A stretch of 63,220 nucleotides of DNA, filler included, from Collodictyon triciliatum (taxonomy: Eukaryota), in NCBI GenBank assembly GCA_043381765.1. It is 16 parts of 16 records of this genome, joined end to end, with 100 filler letters (N's around TTAATTAATTAA, not from the genome) between each part and the next. Parts side by side here need not be neighbours in the genome. Positions count along the whole stretch, not along the records: positions 24,600 to 28,595 come from JBHJMP010006617.1; positions 28,696 to 32,690 come from JBHJMP010006618.1; positions 32,791 to 36,787 come from JBHJMP010006619.1; 13 more parts are not named here. One strand, 5' to 3'. The translations under genes and the position numbers were made by a program. The notes under the pieces were generated by a model. That model saw nothing but the letters and a program-made list of their open reading frames with translations, had not been told where the DNA came from and did not search any database. This document shows, piece after piece, positions 25,046 to 36,887 of the stretch. Position 1 is the first letter of the stretch; each line of letters starts with the position of its first letter.

Positions 25046-27931
25046 TTAATTATCCTCTGGACGAGCGGCTATGTATGTTATATTTTCGGGATGATACAAT
25101 GGCCCGTCAATGATACTCCTGTCTTCTTCGCACAAGAGCGAGATTTTTGTCCCTATTGATATACCTCCTTGCACCGATCTTGCCTGTTGCCCATCAGTCA
25201 AGAGGTGTTTTCCATCTGGGATGGGCACAAATAGGCAAAACTCATCGCTTTCTATCGCCCATTTGTTGAGGAATGCAAAGAGATGAAAAAGCCTCCCGCT
25301 ATTTGATTTTGTAAATAGGAGTCGACGCTTTGATGCGGGTAGCTCAAGCTCTAAAGGTTCCTTCTGGGGGCCTGTATTGGACAGAGAGGATATATAATGG
25401 CGTCGCATATCCCTCCAAGAGTCTGGGAAAATCAGAAAACCAAACGAATTGACACTTTGGAAACCGATGCCAATGGAAGCTACTTTCGACTGGTAAAGCT
25501 CACCCAAATAAGCGCCCTTCTTCAAGAGAAATTCGGGCTCTTGCAAATGGATTCCAAACAGATTTCCAATAGAGTTTTTATGAGAATTGTAATAGAGCGC
25601 AATTGCTTTCTTCAACCACAAATAGTAGAGCGGAGATAAACACATATCATTTGTTACAAAAAAACCGTATTCGTTGGCATGATTTGGATACCACGATTCA
25701 ATCCACAAATTAGCCTCATTGACGATGTTGGTCTCTCGCTCATGAACCATTTTTGGACCATATACCCAATCAAATACGTCAATCATAGATAATATATCGC
25801 TATCTTCTGTATTGTTGTTTGTTCTGATCAAGTGAATATCAAGAAAAACTATATCTGAGTCATACTGGGCGTGAATAAGGGAGCGAAGTGTGATGTATGT
25901 TGATTTGGGATCACCGTTGGCTAGAAATATGATTCGAAGTGTAAACTTATTTGAATCATGAAGGCCAGCTTTAAATTTGGATGCCTCTTGCTCATTGTTG
26001 ACTGTAATCGTCGATTTTACGATCGGCTTGAAGTCGTATCGCTTCGTTCTGAGCTGCAGGTCAACATCATCCTCTAAAATTGTTTTTTTCATATCCTCCT
26101 TTGTATCATATATTCGTTTCGAGCCATCCAATCCATCATGCTCGTTTATTTTGGAATATATACGTTCCTTTATCTCGTTAATAGGCTTGATGGTTGCTTT
26201 TTGTTCTGTGCCTTTTTGCGAATGTACATTTTGTTTAATTAGGTGAAGTAACTCACTTTATAAAAACAAAGAAATGCAGTTTAAATAATAAAAATTAAAA
26301 TCAATGCATGACCAGTTAGTAAACCTTACTAAGTAGTTTATATTACCTTTGTTGGCCAAACCGTCCTTCAAGACAGAATCTCCCGACTCTAAACATTGTA
26401 GATCGTCATTTAGGCTCCACATTTGCATCTCCTGAAGGACTTTGCGTTTTTGATGATTATCAATGAGATGGTCCACATGAATGACGACAGGGTACTGTCC
26501 GTTCATCCTCCAACCCGTGAACATGTCGACGTGGTCCACAAAATATCTTTTTCCGGTGGGAAATAAAAACGGATCCAAGTATGCGATGCCAAAATCCTTC
26601 ACGTGCATCTGGTAGTGAATCAATTTGCTAAAACTGCCCAGGCCCCAAGACGCAGATAGTTTAGAAATATTCCCGTTAATTTGTATTTCTTCCTTCATAT
26701 TCACAATGCGTTCAGCCTCGTCCCGAAGAAATTCGCCCCAAACATACAGTGTTTGCTCAGTGTTTCTTAAAAGAATAAAATTACTAGAAACTACTTCTTC
26801 GTATTCCAACATAAGGCACATATGTGTATTTGGTGGAAAATGAATAAACGGATTGTCTATGAATATCATATCCGCGTCAGATATGAGGACATTATATCCA
26901 TATCGAAGCACTTCCAAGGCCAACATATGAATATTGTTTCTCATTATATGGTAAAATATATTTGTTTTGTTCATGTCTTTTGAAAATTCCTCTTGGTTTA
27001 AACTATCTAATTCTCCAAAAAAGTTCATATGAACAGGGGCACCAATTGACCGTAAATGTTGATAGGTATGCGTGTCAAGTGCATAAAATATGTAATTCAT
27101 GATTGCATTCTCCATCATATTTAAATTACATAGCCAGTTCAGAGCCATTTCAAGAAAGACTTTGTTCACCGATATTAGGATGATGTTGCCAGACGCATCG
27201 GCTCTTTGCTCAAGTAGATAATGGAGACTAGGAACATCTCCTTCCTCAATATCCAGAATATGCCTTCCTTTTACATAAATCTCTCTGTCTTTGCTGTCAT
27301 GTTCTACCCCTGGACGATATATTTCAGCTGGTTCTATGCCACTTCCCTTCACTTCATCAGTAGAAACAGGAAGAAATATCGTTGCTTTCGTCACCTGATT
27401 TACCAGCAAGAAAGCCTTTGGGCTTTCTTGAAATATTGGATGTGATTTGGGTAAAAAGAAACTAACTGTTATTGGTAGAGATGAGCCATATCCCAAATTG
27501 AGTGCAGAAGTTTTTGTAAGAAAAACGGCATTGCTATTCTTGTTCAAGATTGCAAAAACGGATGTGTCCTCTTCAAATATCAAGTTACCATCCTTTTGGG
27601 GCGATTCATTATTGCCTAGGACAGTTGCTATCAATGGATTTTCTATTTGGCCATCGCTTGACTCTGCCACCAAGGCCCAACTGATCTTCCACTGATTTTC
27701 ACCCTGCAGAATCGCAGGGCTCTTTAGGGTTATGGCACACTGTCTAGGGGAATGAACAACTGATTCCAGAGCCTGACGAAGGTGTTTGTCTTTTATTTCC
27801 ACTGACATTCCATCGCCTTCATCCAGGTGTTTGTGGGCAAGGAACGAATAGAGTGAATATGTCAGCAAGGACACAAACAGCAAGGTGGCAAGTCGAATGT
27901 GCTTGCGTAGTACTCGATCCGTTTTTTCCAT
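25046..27931 (-). CDS. Type II membrane two-domain glycosyltransferase: nucleotide-diphospho-sugar transferase (GT77-like) fused to a second GT-A-like domain; exons 27931-26347 and 26211-25046
   Basis: N-terminal TM segment; ALNWLCNL and YGYNVLISDADMIFIDNPF (DxD); second ORF has FDWVYGPK, WIESWYP, EYGFFVTNDMCLSPLYYLW. A GT-AG intron at 26346-26212 joins the two ORFs in frame. Confidence 0.8.
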
Positions 27932-28517
27932 GGAAGCTATTTAATTCCTAGGGTACTAAAGGCATGAGGAATACTATCGATATTATGTATAAGTTCATAC
28001 AATTGAAAAAAATTATAAAATGATATCCTCGAACTGTAAGAAGAATAGAAATACACAGGATGACAAGAACAAGGAAGATATAAGAAAGTATATTGTGGAC
28101 AGGTTAAGAATGATAGAGAGCAGTTGTGTAGGATCGAGGCACTTTGCGTTGCAGTAAAATAGAGAAGTGGAAAAAAAATTCAACAAATATGAAACAACAC
28201 TGGGAGGAAAAAATAGCACTACACTTGGATATATTTTTTTTTATTCTTCCTTTCAATTAGCACTACACTTGGGTGTGCTCTGCTTGCTTTAGACAAGGAA
28301 TAAAAGCAATTGCATATAGAGAATGTAAGCACTCGATCTGAATGCACGAATGGTCGATCAAGAAGAGTTTGAGGCTATGTGCGCTAGTTCCCTCGTGTCG
28401 ACAGGTTAGGCTGTTGTGTGCGCATAAGAAGTAGAATAAAAATATGATGCAAGTATTTTGTTTCAAGAAGAGATGTGGGATGTGTAACAACCATACAAAG
28501 CGTAAGGAGTGTAAGAG

Positions 28518-28595
<78 letters not shown>

Positions 28596-29482
28596 NNNNN
28601 NNNNNNNNNNNNNNNNNNNNNNNNNNNNNNNNNNNNNNNTTAATTAATTAANNNNNNNNNNNNNNNNNNNNNNNNNNNNNNNNNNNNNNNNNNNNGAGTG
28701 AGTGAGTGAGTGAGTGAGTGAGTGAGTGAGTGAGTGAGTGAGTGAGTGAGTGAGTGAGTGAGTGAGTGAGTGAGTGAGTGAGTGAGTGAGTGAGTGAGTA
28801 AGAGAGTGAGAGACGAGATTTAGGTCGAGTTCTTGCACACCTTTGCGTCCGAATACATGCATGGGCGTCTCTGCCTTGTTCTCCTCTCTGTCTCTTTCTC
28901 CTTCTCCTATGCGGATAATACCAACTGGAGATCAAGACAACCTCGCGAGTTATGTTGAAGCATATTACACAGAGCATTTTGGTAAGAGGTGGAGAGGAGA
29001 AAGGAGGGGGAGGGAGAAAGAAAGAAAGATAGATAGAATGAAGAAGAAAAAAAAAGGGCGGTGTCGCAAGCTGAGCTGGCAGCCCTTGTCGAGACTCGCA
29101 CTTAAGACAGCTTGGGGAACCCGTCACCGCAATCCAAGCACCAACAACGCGTTTCCCACATAAAATTGCTATGCTCCCTGCTGCAACGCACAAAGTACCC
29201 CACGCGATCGAGGCAACGGCTTTATTGGAATACCGCCCCACAACAACCAAGCTAATCAAAGAAAAGAGAGAGGGCGGAAGAAAGGGAGGGAAACCTGGGA
29301 GATAGGAGCACAGGAAGAGGGGGGAAGAGGGAAAGCGTCGCACGCCCGTCGATACCATTTGTGGAGATTAAGTCTCCCCTCCTATTTCAAGAGGCCGCTG
29401 GTGTCCTGCTGGGGTTCTGAGGGGCTGAGGAAAGAGGCAGGAGGCAGGGTGTGGGTTTATTTGGGACGAGGCGTGGGGGAGC

Positions 29483-30916
29483 TTAGTTCTCGTGGGCCAT
29501 GGCGACCACGCGCTGGACAGCCTTGAGGGCGTTGATGCGGCCGTGGCCGTAGTGGAAGTTGGGGAACGAGTTCCATGCGACGCCGCCGCAGGTGAGGGCA
29601 CCGGAGGGCTGGCGGAGGGTGGAGGTGTCTGCGGAGGAGATGATCGCGTTGTAGATCTGGGAGTAGGTGAGGTTGGGGTTGGCGTTGAGCATGAGGGCCA
29701 CGACGCCGGCAACGTGGGGGCCGGCCATGGAGGTTCCGGAGATGGAGTTGTAGGCCGCGTCGCCGGTGTTCCAGGAGGAGCGGACGGCCACGCCGGGGGC
29801 GGTGATCTCGGGCTTCTGGCGGCCGATGCCGGGCCTGTTGACGGCGGGCCCGCGGGACGAGAAGGAGGCGAGGGTGTCGGCCGAGTCGGAGGCGGCGACC
29901 GAGATGACGTTGTCGTTGTCTGCGGGCGAGTTGGCGGTGCCGCAGTTGGGGCCCGAGTTGCCGGCCGAGAAGACGGGGATGATGCCTGCGGCGAGCCACG
30001 AGGTGATCACGCCCTGGTACCACGTGTCGCCCTGGCCTCCGCCCCACGAGTTGTTGATGACGTGGGGGGCCTTGGAGCAGTCCGGGTTGCGGCCGTCCGC
30101 GCGGGTCGGGCAGGCCAGGAACTCGCCGGAGCCCAGCAGGTCGGCGGTCGAGCACGAGGCGGAGCCGCAGCCCTTGCCGGCAATCCAGACGGACGCGGGG
30201 GCCACGCCGACGCCGGACGCCTCCGACCCGGCAATGGTGCCCATGGTGTGTGTGCCGTGGCCGTTGCCGTCCGAGGGGGAGGCCGTCGCCTGGCGCGTCT
30301 TGTCGTACCAGTTGTAGTCGTCGGACCCGGTGACGGTGCCGCGGTAGTTGGCCTTGAGGGCCACGTGTGTGCCGCGGACGCCCGTGTCGACGTTGGCGAC
30401 GGTGATGCCCTGGCCCTTGTAGCCCAGCGACCAGACCGCCGGCGCCTGCACCTTGTTGACGCCCCACTCGGCCGTGATCGTCGAGTTGGTTGCCTCCTGC
30501 GCATCGATCAGCTCGGGCACCGGCAGGAAGCGCTCCAGGTGGATGGCCTGCACCAGCGGCAGCTGCGACACGCGCTCCACAAACTCGGGGGTGGCGTCAA
30601 AGACCTTGACGATGTTGGCGATCCAGTAGGCGCGCAGCTGCAGCTTGTGCGACGCGGCAAACTGGCGCACCGGGCCTCCCACGTGCTCCGCGTGGGCCTG
30701 CAGCGTCTTGTACACGTGCCACAGGCGCTCGGCGCGCGGCATCTTCTCCAGCGTCTCCATGCTCCAGTTGAAGAGCGGCAGCTGGATGTACACGTCCGCC
30801 TTGCCGCCGTTCTTCTGCATGGCCTCGAAGACCTGCGGCTCCACGTTGCGGCGGTACGGCACCGCGCTGACCACGGCGGCCAGCAGCACGATTCCAAGGA
30901 TCACAGACGAGCGCAT
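29483..30916 (-). CDS. Secreted subtilisin (peptidase S8A, bacillopeptidase F-like) with signal peptide and propeptide, intronless, very GC-rich
   Basis: Catalytic motifs VANVDTG, GHGTHTMG, FSAGNSG and ISGTSMAGPHVAG; signal peptide MRSSVILGIVLLAAVVSA; third codon positions nearly all G/C. Confidence 0.96.
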   Translation of the reverse strand: MRSSVILGIVLLAAVVSAVPYRRNVEPQVFEAMQKNGGKADVYIQLPLFNWSMETLEKMPRAERLWHVYKTLQAHAEHVGGPVRQFAASHKLQLRAYWIANIVKVFDATPEFVERVSQLPLVQAIHLERFLPVPELIDAQEATNSTITAEWGVNKVQAPAVWSLGYKGQGITVANVDTGVRGTHVALKANYRGTVTGSDDYNWYDKTRQATASPSDGNGHGTHTMGTIAGSEASGVGVAPASVWIAGKGCGSASCSTADLLGSGEFLACPTRADGRNPDCSKAPHVINNSWGGGQGDTWYQGVITSWLAAGIIPVFSAGNSGPNCGTANSPADNDNVISVAASDSADTLASFSSRGPAVNRPGIGRQKPEITAPGVAVRSSWNTGDAAYNSISGTSMAGPHVAGVVALMLNANPNLTYSQIYNAIISSADTSTLRQPSGALTCGGVAWNSFPNFHYGHGRINALKAVQRVVAMAHEN

Positions 30917-33900
30917 CCTACACGGCCCTGGGCGTTCAGTGCTCGGCTTGCCTGCCAGCTCTCCTCCTTTCTCTCCCTTTACACCTCACTCTCACAGGCA
31001 CGTCCACACGGCCTCTCCGTGACTCTCGCTCCAACTCTGTCTCGCTCTCTCGTGCGAGACTATGGAGTACACGCGGACGTATACACGTCCATCCCTCCGC
31101 AGTTGGGCGCGAAGGAGGCTGCGGTCTGTCATCTGGGATTGCGCTTTGATGTTTCTCCTCTCGGAATTGTTGGGGCTTCGGGCCTCTGTATAATTGATCA
31201 CGTGGGGAGGGGGCCTGCAACGTGCCATACACTTGATCCATCTGCCGCACGAAACCTGCCAGGTCTCTGCTGCTTTTTATACATGCGGCTCTGGCAGCGC
31301 ATTGCGATATAAGACAATTTCGTTATAATTTATACTCTGCTTTTTTTTTTTTCTTCTCTCTTCTTTTTATTTTTTTTCCAATTCATTTTGTTTTTCTGAA
31401 AGAGATGGAATATTCTATTGCTGTTGTGCTTCAAGGCGCGTGCGACAGGGCAGCCGCCTATGTACCATAAACCTACAGGATTGCAGGAATATGACCTTGC
31501 ATCCAGCATGTTTCTGACATCGGAACAACATATAGTCGTGTGGTGGGCGAATGGTGAACTCCACAATTCCCCAAAGTTCCAATTTATATTTGTCATTTTT
31601 ACTTAGATTAGTATCAATTTAATAATTAAAATATAAGTTAATTAAATTAACAAGTTTAATAGCGGTTATGACATACACCAAATGAAATATATTTTATAAT
31701 CCAGAATTGTGAATTATATATATGGAATATGTAATAAAATAAATATTATGTCGTAAAATTACCCTCAAATTTTATTTATAATGCCACATAATAAATATAT
31801 ATATTATTTATCAATGTTATCAACCGCATTTCACCCTTTGTATGCCGACTTTCACGCATGAGCGCGCTCATCACAGTTTTTCCCGACCAGGTTTGGCAAC
31901 ACTTACACCTTGTGACGTCACATTAGCAATTTATGGCAGGGCACTGAATCATACTGCGTCACCAAATGCACCATAGCGACTAATCCACGTCACTTTTCCT
32001 GTATATTTCCAATGAGCTGGTTGTATCCCATTCATTGAATGGCCATCTTACCCAATTCCGTGCAAACTGGAAAAGACGAAAATGAAAATTCTTCCAAAAA
32101 TAAACTAAAATTCAATAAAAATTGAATAAATTTGTGTTACCGTGTTTCGTTCGCTTCACTCCATTTGTTGGAGCTGTGTGGGCCAGTCTGATAAAACAAA
32201 GAATAATGAGGCAGACAAGCAGGTCGCACTTAATCCTCTGCTTGTGGGAAAGTGAATTCTAACAGGAAAAAGGAAAGGAATCGAAAAGTAAATAAGTAAT
32301 GAGGTATTATTAAAAGAAGGCGAAGGGAAAGTAAAGAATCACGACCGTACGGTCTTGCTTTGTCTCGGCGGAACTGCTGGCATCCACTTTTCTCTGTTGT
32401 TGTCGCTTACCCCCAGCCACAGCACTTTGGTCCTCCCAGACAGACAAATCGACAGACATTCAGCCACCCAGCGGCATTTGGAAAACAATATCGAATATAG
32501 GGTGGCGTCAACTTATGTATATGCATCAACTTCGGCGTTCTACACTAGAGGTTGGCGATAACGTTTTTCCTGCTTTTTTTAAAAGAATTACACCAACCAA
32601 CCAACCAACCAACCAACCAACCAACCAACCAACCAACCAACCAACCAACCAACCAACCAACCAACCAACCAACCAACCAACCAACCAACCNNNNNNNNNN
32701 NNNNNNNNNNNNNNNNNNNNNNNNNNNNNNNNNNTTAATTAATTAANNNNNNNNNNNNNNNNNNNNNNNNNNNNNNNNNNNNNNNNNNNNCAATCGCGCA
32801 GATGCCTTTTCGATATTCAACTCTTACTCTGTACTGCTGACCTCGAGTGCGCGATGTATTATCCAATAAGATGCTAAATCTGCCCTTATTCACTTTAACA
32901 CCAAGTAATATAATTTACGTTCATTCACCTTCAGGGTAAATTGACCTCGAGTCGAATCCAGGTCAGGCCTCTGTTAGTCGCAGCCCTTTAGAGTTGTAAC
33001 TATCCTCGGCCTTTATACATGCATTTTGATGAGCCACAAATTCAGTTTCCAATACCAGGCTGACTTGCACCCGAATTTGATGCGTTCAATGCGTTCAACC
33101 AAGGCGCATACAACAACGGCGGACCGTAGAAAAAAAAACCCTTTCTTTGAATTGAACGAAGGATATAAAATTATTAAAAGTATTACTATTTACAGTACAC
33201 TGTTCTGTGTTTCATGGGTGAAAGGTATACATTTCATCCTATGCAAAAATATTGTAAGGTATGTTGATTTTGTTTGCATTTATTGCGTTCCTGGAAGATT
33301 TTGCTATTTTTTTTCATTATTAAATTATATGTAAGAAATCATAATTTGCACAACCTGTGTGGACAGTATTCATCTCTTGCGTGAATGTCACTTGCTCTCA
33401 ATATGATAATTTCATTACATTTTTATGAAATATATGTTATTGTAATTTCTTCAAGATGTAGGCTCTGTATGTCCTTTTCAAATTCGCTACTTTCTTTGAG
33501 CGTGTATGGCACCGGCAATGGTGTTCAACTATTAATGTAATATTTTTTTGTAAAATATTAAGTTTTTTTTATATAAGCTTATTTAAAGATTTTTAGCAGA
33601 CATATTCATAAAGCTTCAGAGCGCGTAAGCATAGGCGATATTTCTTCCTGTTGTTGCAGTAGAGAATGTTTAGTAATATCGCATGACATCGTCCTTATTC
33701 TGTTTGTGAAGTCTATTTATTCACATCACTGGCACATTTGTGAGTGATGCGACTCCACATGCAGCTCTTCCATCTGTTCGCATACTTGTTAGCTACTGAA
33801 GCAAAAACTAACAAAAAAATATGTAAAAAAATTATATATGCACAAATAATAATCAAAATTATGAATAGTTTAAAACAGACTTAAACTTACTGGATTTCCA

Positions 33901-35280
33901 TAAACACCAAGAGAGGTAAACCCGGTCAAGAAAAGTATTTATGGTGATATCAAACAAGAATAATATAAAGAATAGTTTTATCAAAACAAATATTCAAGTA
34001 AGAAAAGCGTTGAAAGGAACAGTTTCAGATTCTTTGTTTCTAAGAAACAGAAATACACGCCCAAGCAAGGTGGCAATATTGTGAACATCAGTAATTGCTC
34101 TCTGCTCCTTTATAAACGCAATTTTTTGAGGTATTACAGCGAAAAACTGGCAAGTGTTTTCGATGTATTCCTTACAAATGTGCAAGCAAATCGATAAGCT
34201 TGTGGTGATGCGTTGAAGGCTTTATGATTTGCCAAACATATTCTATAAGAGATAAAAAAAAAAAACTCGATGACTATGGTTTTTTACATGTGAGTTATGT
34301 TGCTTTTAATTGATTCAACGTAGCAGTTTTTTATTTTCCTTGATTTCATTTCAACTATTTACTAATAGAAAACAAAGTCGAGGTGCCGCCTTCACCTCTA
34401 GGACAAACACGAGATACGGATGAGACAGTGGAAAACTTGAACTTTATGCAGTTGGATTTTTTTGTTTTTTAAAAAATTAAAGATAGGTAGAAAGAGATGA
34501 ATAGGAATGTAAGAAAAGATAAACCGGTTGGTGAAATAGAAAGGTAGCAAAGTGTTTTTACACACAGACTTTTCTTCCTGAAGTGGGTTAAATCAAACAT
34601 GGTTTTAAGATTGTAGGCACGGGCTCTAATATCTTATTCTGTCGTGAATAAAAAAAAACTCCAATGCGGGTTATATTGTGTTCGAGACTGACAGAAGGGC
34701 GGATAAAATTGTCGGGTTGATAAAAGTTCTCACAAATCAGTTACCTTAAAAACGATTCCAAGGAATTTTATTACCTTTATATGTCAGATGGTTATTATAT
34801 TCTCCAACGAGAGTGTCATTTAAGTAAAGACTATGATACATAACAATAATAAGTGGTGCGGTTGAGCAAGGATTGATAGGCAAAACAAAACAAAACACAA
34901 GGATTTTTCTTAATATTTCGTTATGTTGTGGTTGGTACAATCTTACAATTATTCGCAATTACCAGAAAGAATGTTCTGGAAGTTTAAGAAGTAATTTTTC
35001 TATGGTTTTATGTCGTGTGCAAGGTATTTTATTTGCGATGATGTTTTGGTGGACTCCCTATTTATTAATTATTTTTTTTTTGTTTACAGTTGTTTTTTGT
35101 TAGGATAACTATATATAAAGTTTTATCATTCCATTTTTGAATATACACTTGTGCTTTATGAGATGGCTTCGTATGCTTTTGCTTTCTTCGTTTTATTTGT
35201 AAGATTAGCGTCCCAAGAAATATCATATGGGGTAGGGCATCTCTCTTGGGTTTTATCTCGACTTAGTCTCTAGCATAAAG

Positions 35281-35673
35281 ACGAAAAGGAGAATCAAGAC
35301 ACATCAGGTACTACGAGCAAATCGACCGATGGTTCTTCGGACTCGGCAAAGAAAAAGAAATGACGCTCTACCTCCACCGCCAGAGTCAGACGAGAATGAA
35401 CCGCTGCCACCTGAAGATATTGGCAAAACCAACATCCAAAACTTCTACGTCGATGTGTGGAAGAAACGAGAATTTGACCGTGCCGCCCTCGAGCTGGTAA
35501 CAAAGAAATGCTCTGTGGCGAACGAAAGGGAGGCAGAACCTATGGCCAAAGACATTGATGACAGCGAGTTGTGGAGCGCAATCAATTTCACGTTGAACGC
35601 AAAGCAAAAGCCGCTACACAGAAACTTATACTTGCTGATAGGAATGCAGACAATCTCATATCTTTGGCTGTAG
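35281..35673 (+). CDS. Possible exon of an unknown protein
   Basis: Locally GC-richer open frame with protein-like composition (PPPPESDENEP...FYVDVWKKREFDRAALELV) in an otherwise stop-rich contig; no motif recognised. Confidence 0.35.
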   Translation, partial: TKRRIKTHQVLRANRPMVLRTRQRKRNDALPPPPESDENEPLPPEDIGKTNIQNFYVDVWKKREFDRAALELVTKKCSVANEREAEPMAKDIDDSELWSAINFTLNAKQKPLHRNLYLLIGMQTISYLWL

Positions 35674-36887
35674 CTTTCCTGTTGAATAGTGTTTTTTTTT
35701 TAATTGTTGGGCATGGCCAGGACATATCAGATGGTTGACCCACAAAATTGAAAAAACATGAAAAAAAATTAATAAAATGGATTGGAAATGGTGGCGGAAA
35801 AACCTGAATTTGAACCAGGAGTATGATGCAAAACACTGGACTCTATGTAGTTCGCATAAGGGAGAAAAGGAGGGAAAAAGGGATATTTCAAAATGAACCT
35901 TGGCAATGAACGCAACATGGATATGAGGTTCTATTTGGAATAGTAGTCTTACTAGATTTCTGCCTTTCAATCATCAAACTCTTGCTTTTTTCCAACCAGC
36001 CCTTTTTCTGATAGGCCACCAGCCGCCGCGGGTTCGTTGTTATCGGTGCAAAGCAAGATGAAGCTGTTCTCTTCTAAATACCCGAGGTAAATCTCCTTAC
36101 CAAATCATTTTCTATTAGAATACAATCGTGGTATCATTTTTGCACAAAATCATATTTCTGTGCGGTATTTCTTGTAACAATCAGTGAGAGCATCAGGTCA
36201 CAACTAATTTTGGTCGCCTGTATAGATTCGAAGAAATTTTTTTTGTAATTGCTGATAGATAAATGTGTGAGATAATTCAAAGCCGCTTTCGACTTCCCAG
36301 CAACGCAGAATTATTGGAACATCCCATAATTGCCTCTCCATTATTATTCTGTTTGGAATTGTATTTTTTTCATTCATGCTTATAAAAAAAATATAATCAT
36401 GAAATAAACCCGACATACTTTAAATCTCTGTAGACATGTTGGGTTGTAATGCAAAAAAGATTATGCAAAGTTACTTGGGATACTCTCAAAACTGTTGTTC
36501 GTTGTGCACCCAACGTGGATTAATATCGGTTTGGAAGAATGTTTCTAATGTTATGTGATATACTGGTAAAAAGTTTAATACTTTGCAATTAGAACTTGTG
36601 GAGCAAAAGATTCAGAACTGTTATCTGTATAATATTTGGTGTTGTTGTTCATCTTTCTGGTTGTCGAAACTAATCACACCGTAATTCAAATGATTCAAGA
36701 GAGAGCATTGCCAACCAAATTCCAGACCTAGACAAAACAAAGTTGTCAACCCTATGAGTGAGATATTTAAATATTATGAATCAAGTCNNNNNNNNNNNNN
36801 NNNNNNNNNNNNNNNNNNNNNNNNNNNNNNNTTAATTAATTAANNNNNNNNNNNNNNNNNNNNNNNNNNNNNNNNNNNNNNNNNNNN

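Noticed and set aside
29457-31312. Long overlapping ORFs (606 aa on +, 336 aa on -, and others) over the subtilisin
   Set aside because: These are shadow ORFs caused by extreme GC3 bias; only 29483..30916 carries catalytic motifs.
32791-35200. Patches of coding-like composition in contig 9 (also 36100-36780)
   Set aside because: The frames I read are interrupted by stops and show no recognisable domain; possibly old relics but unsupported.
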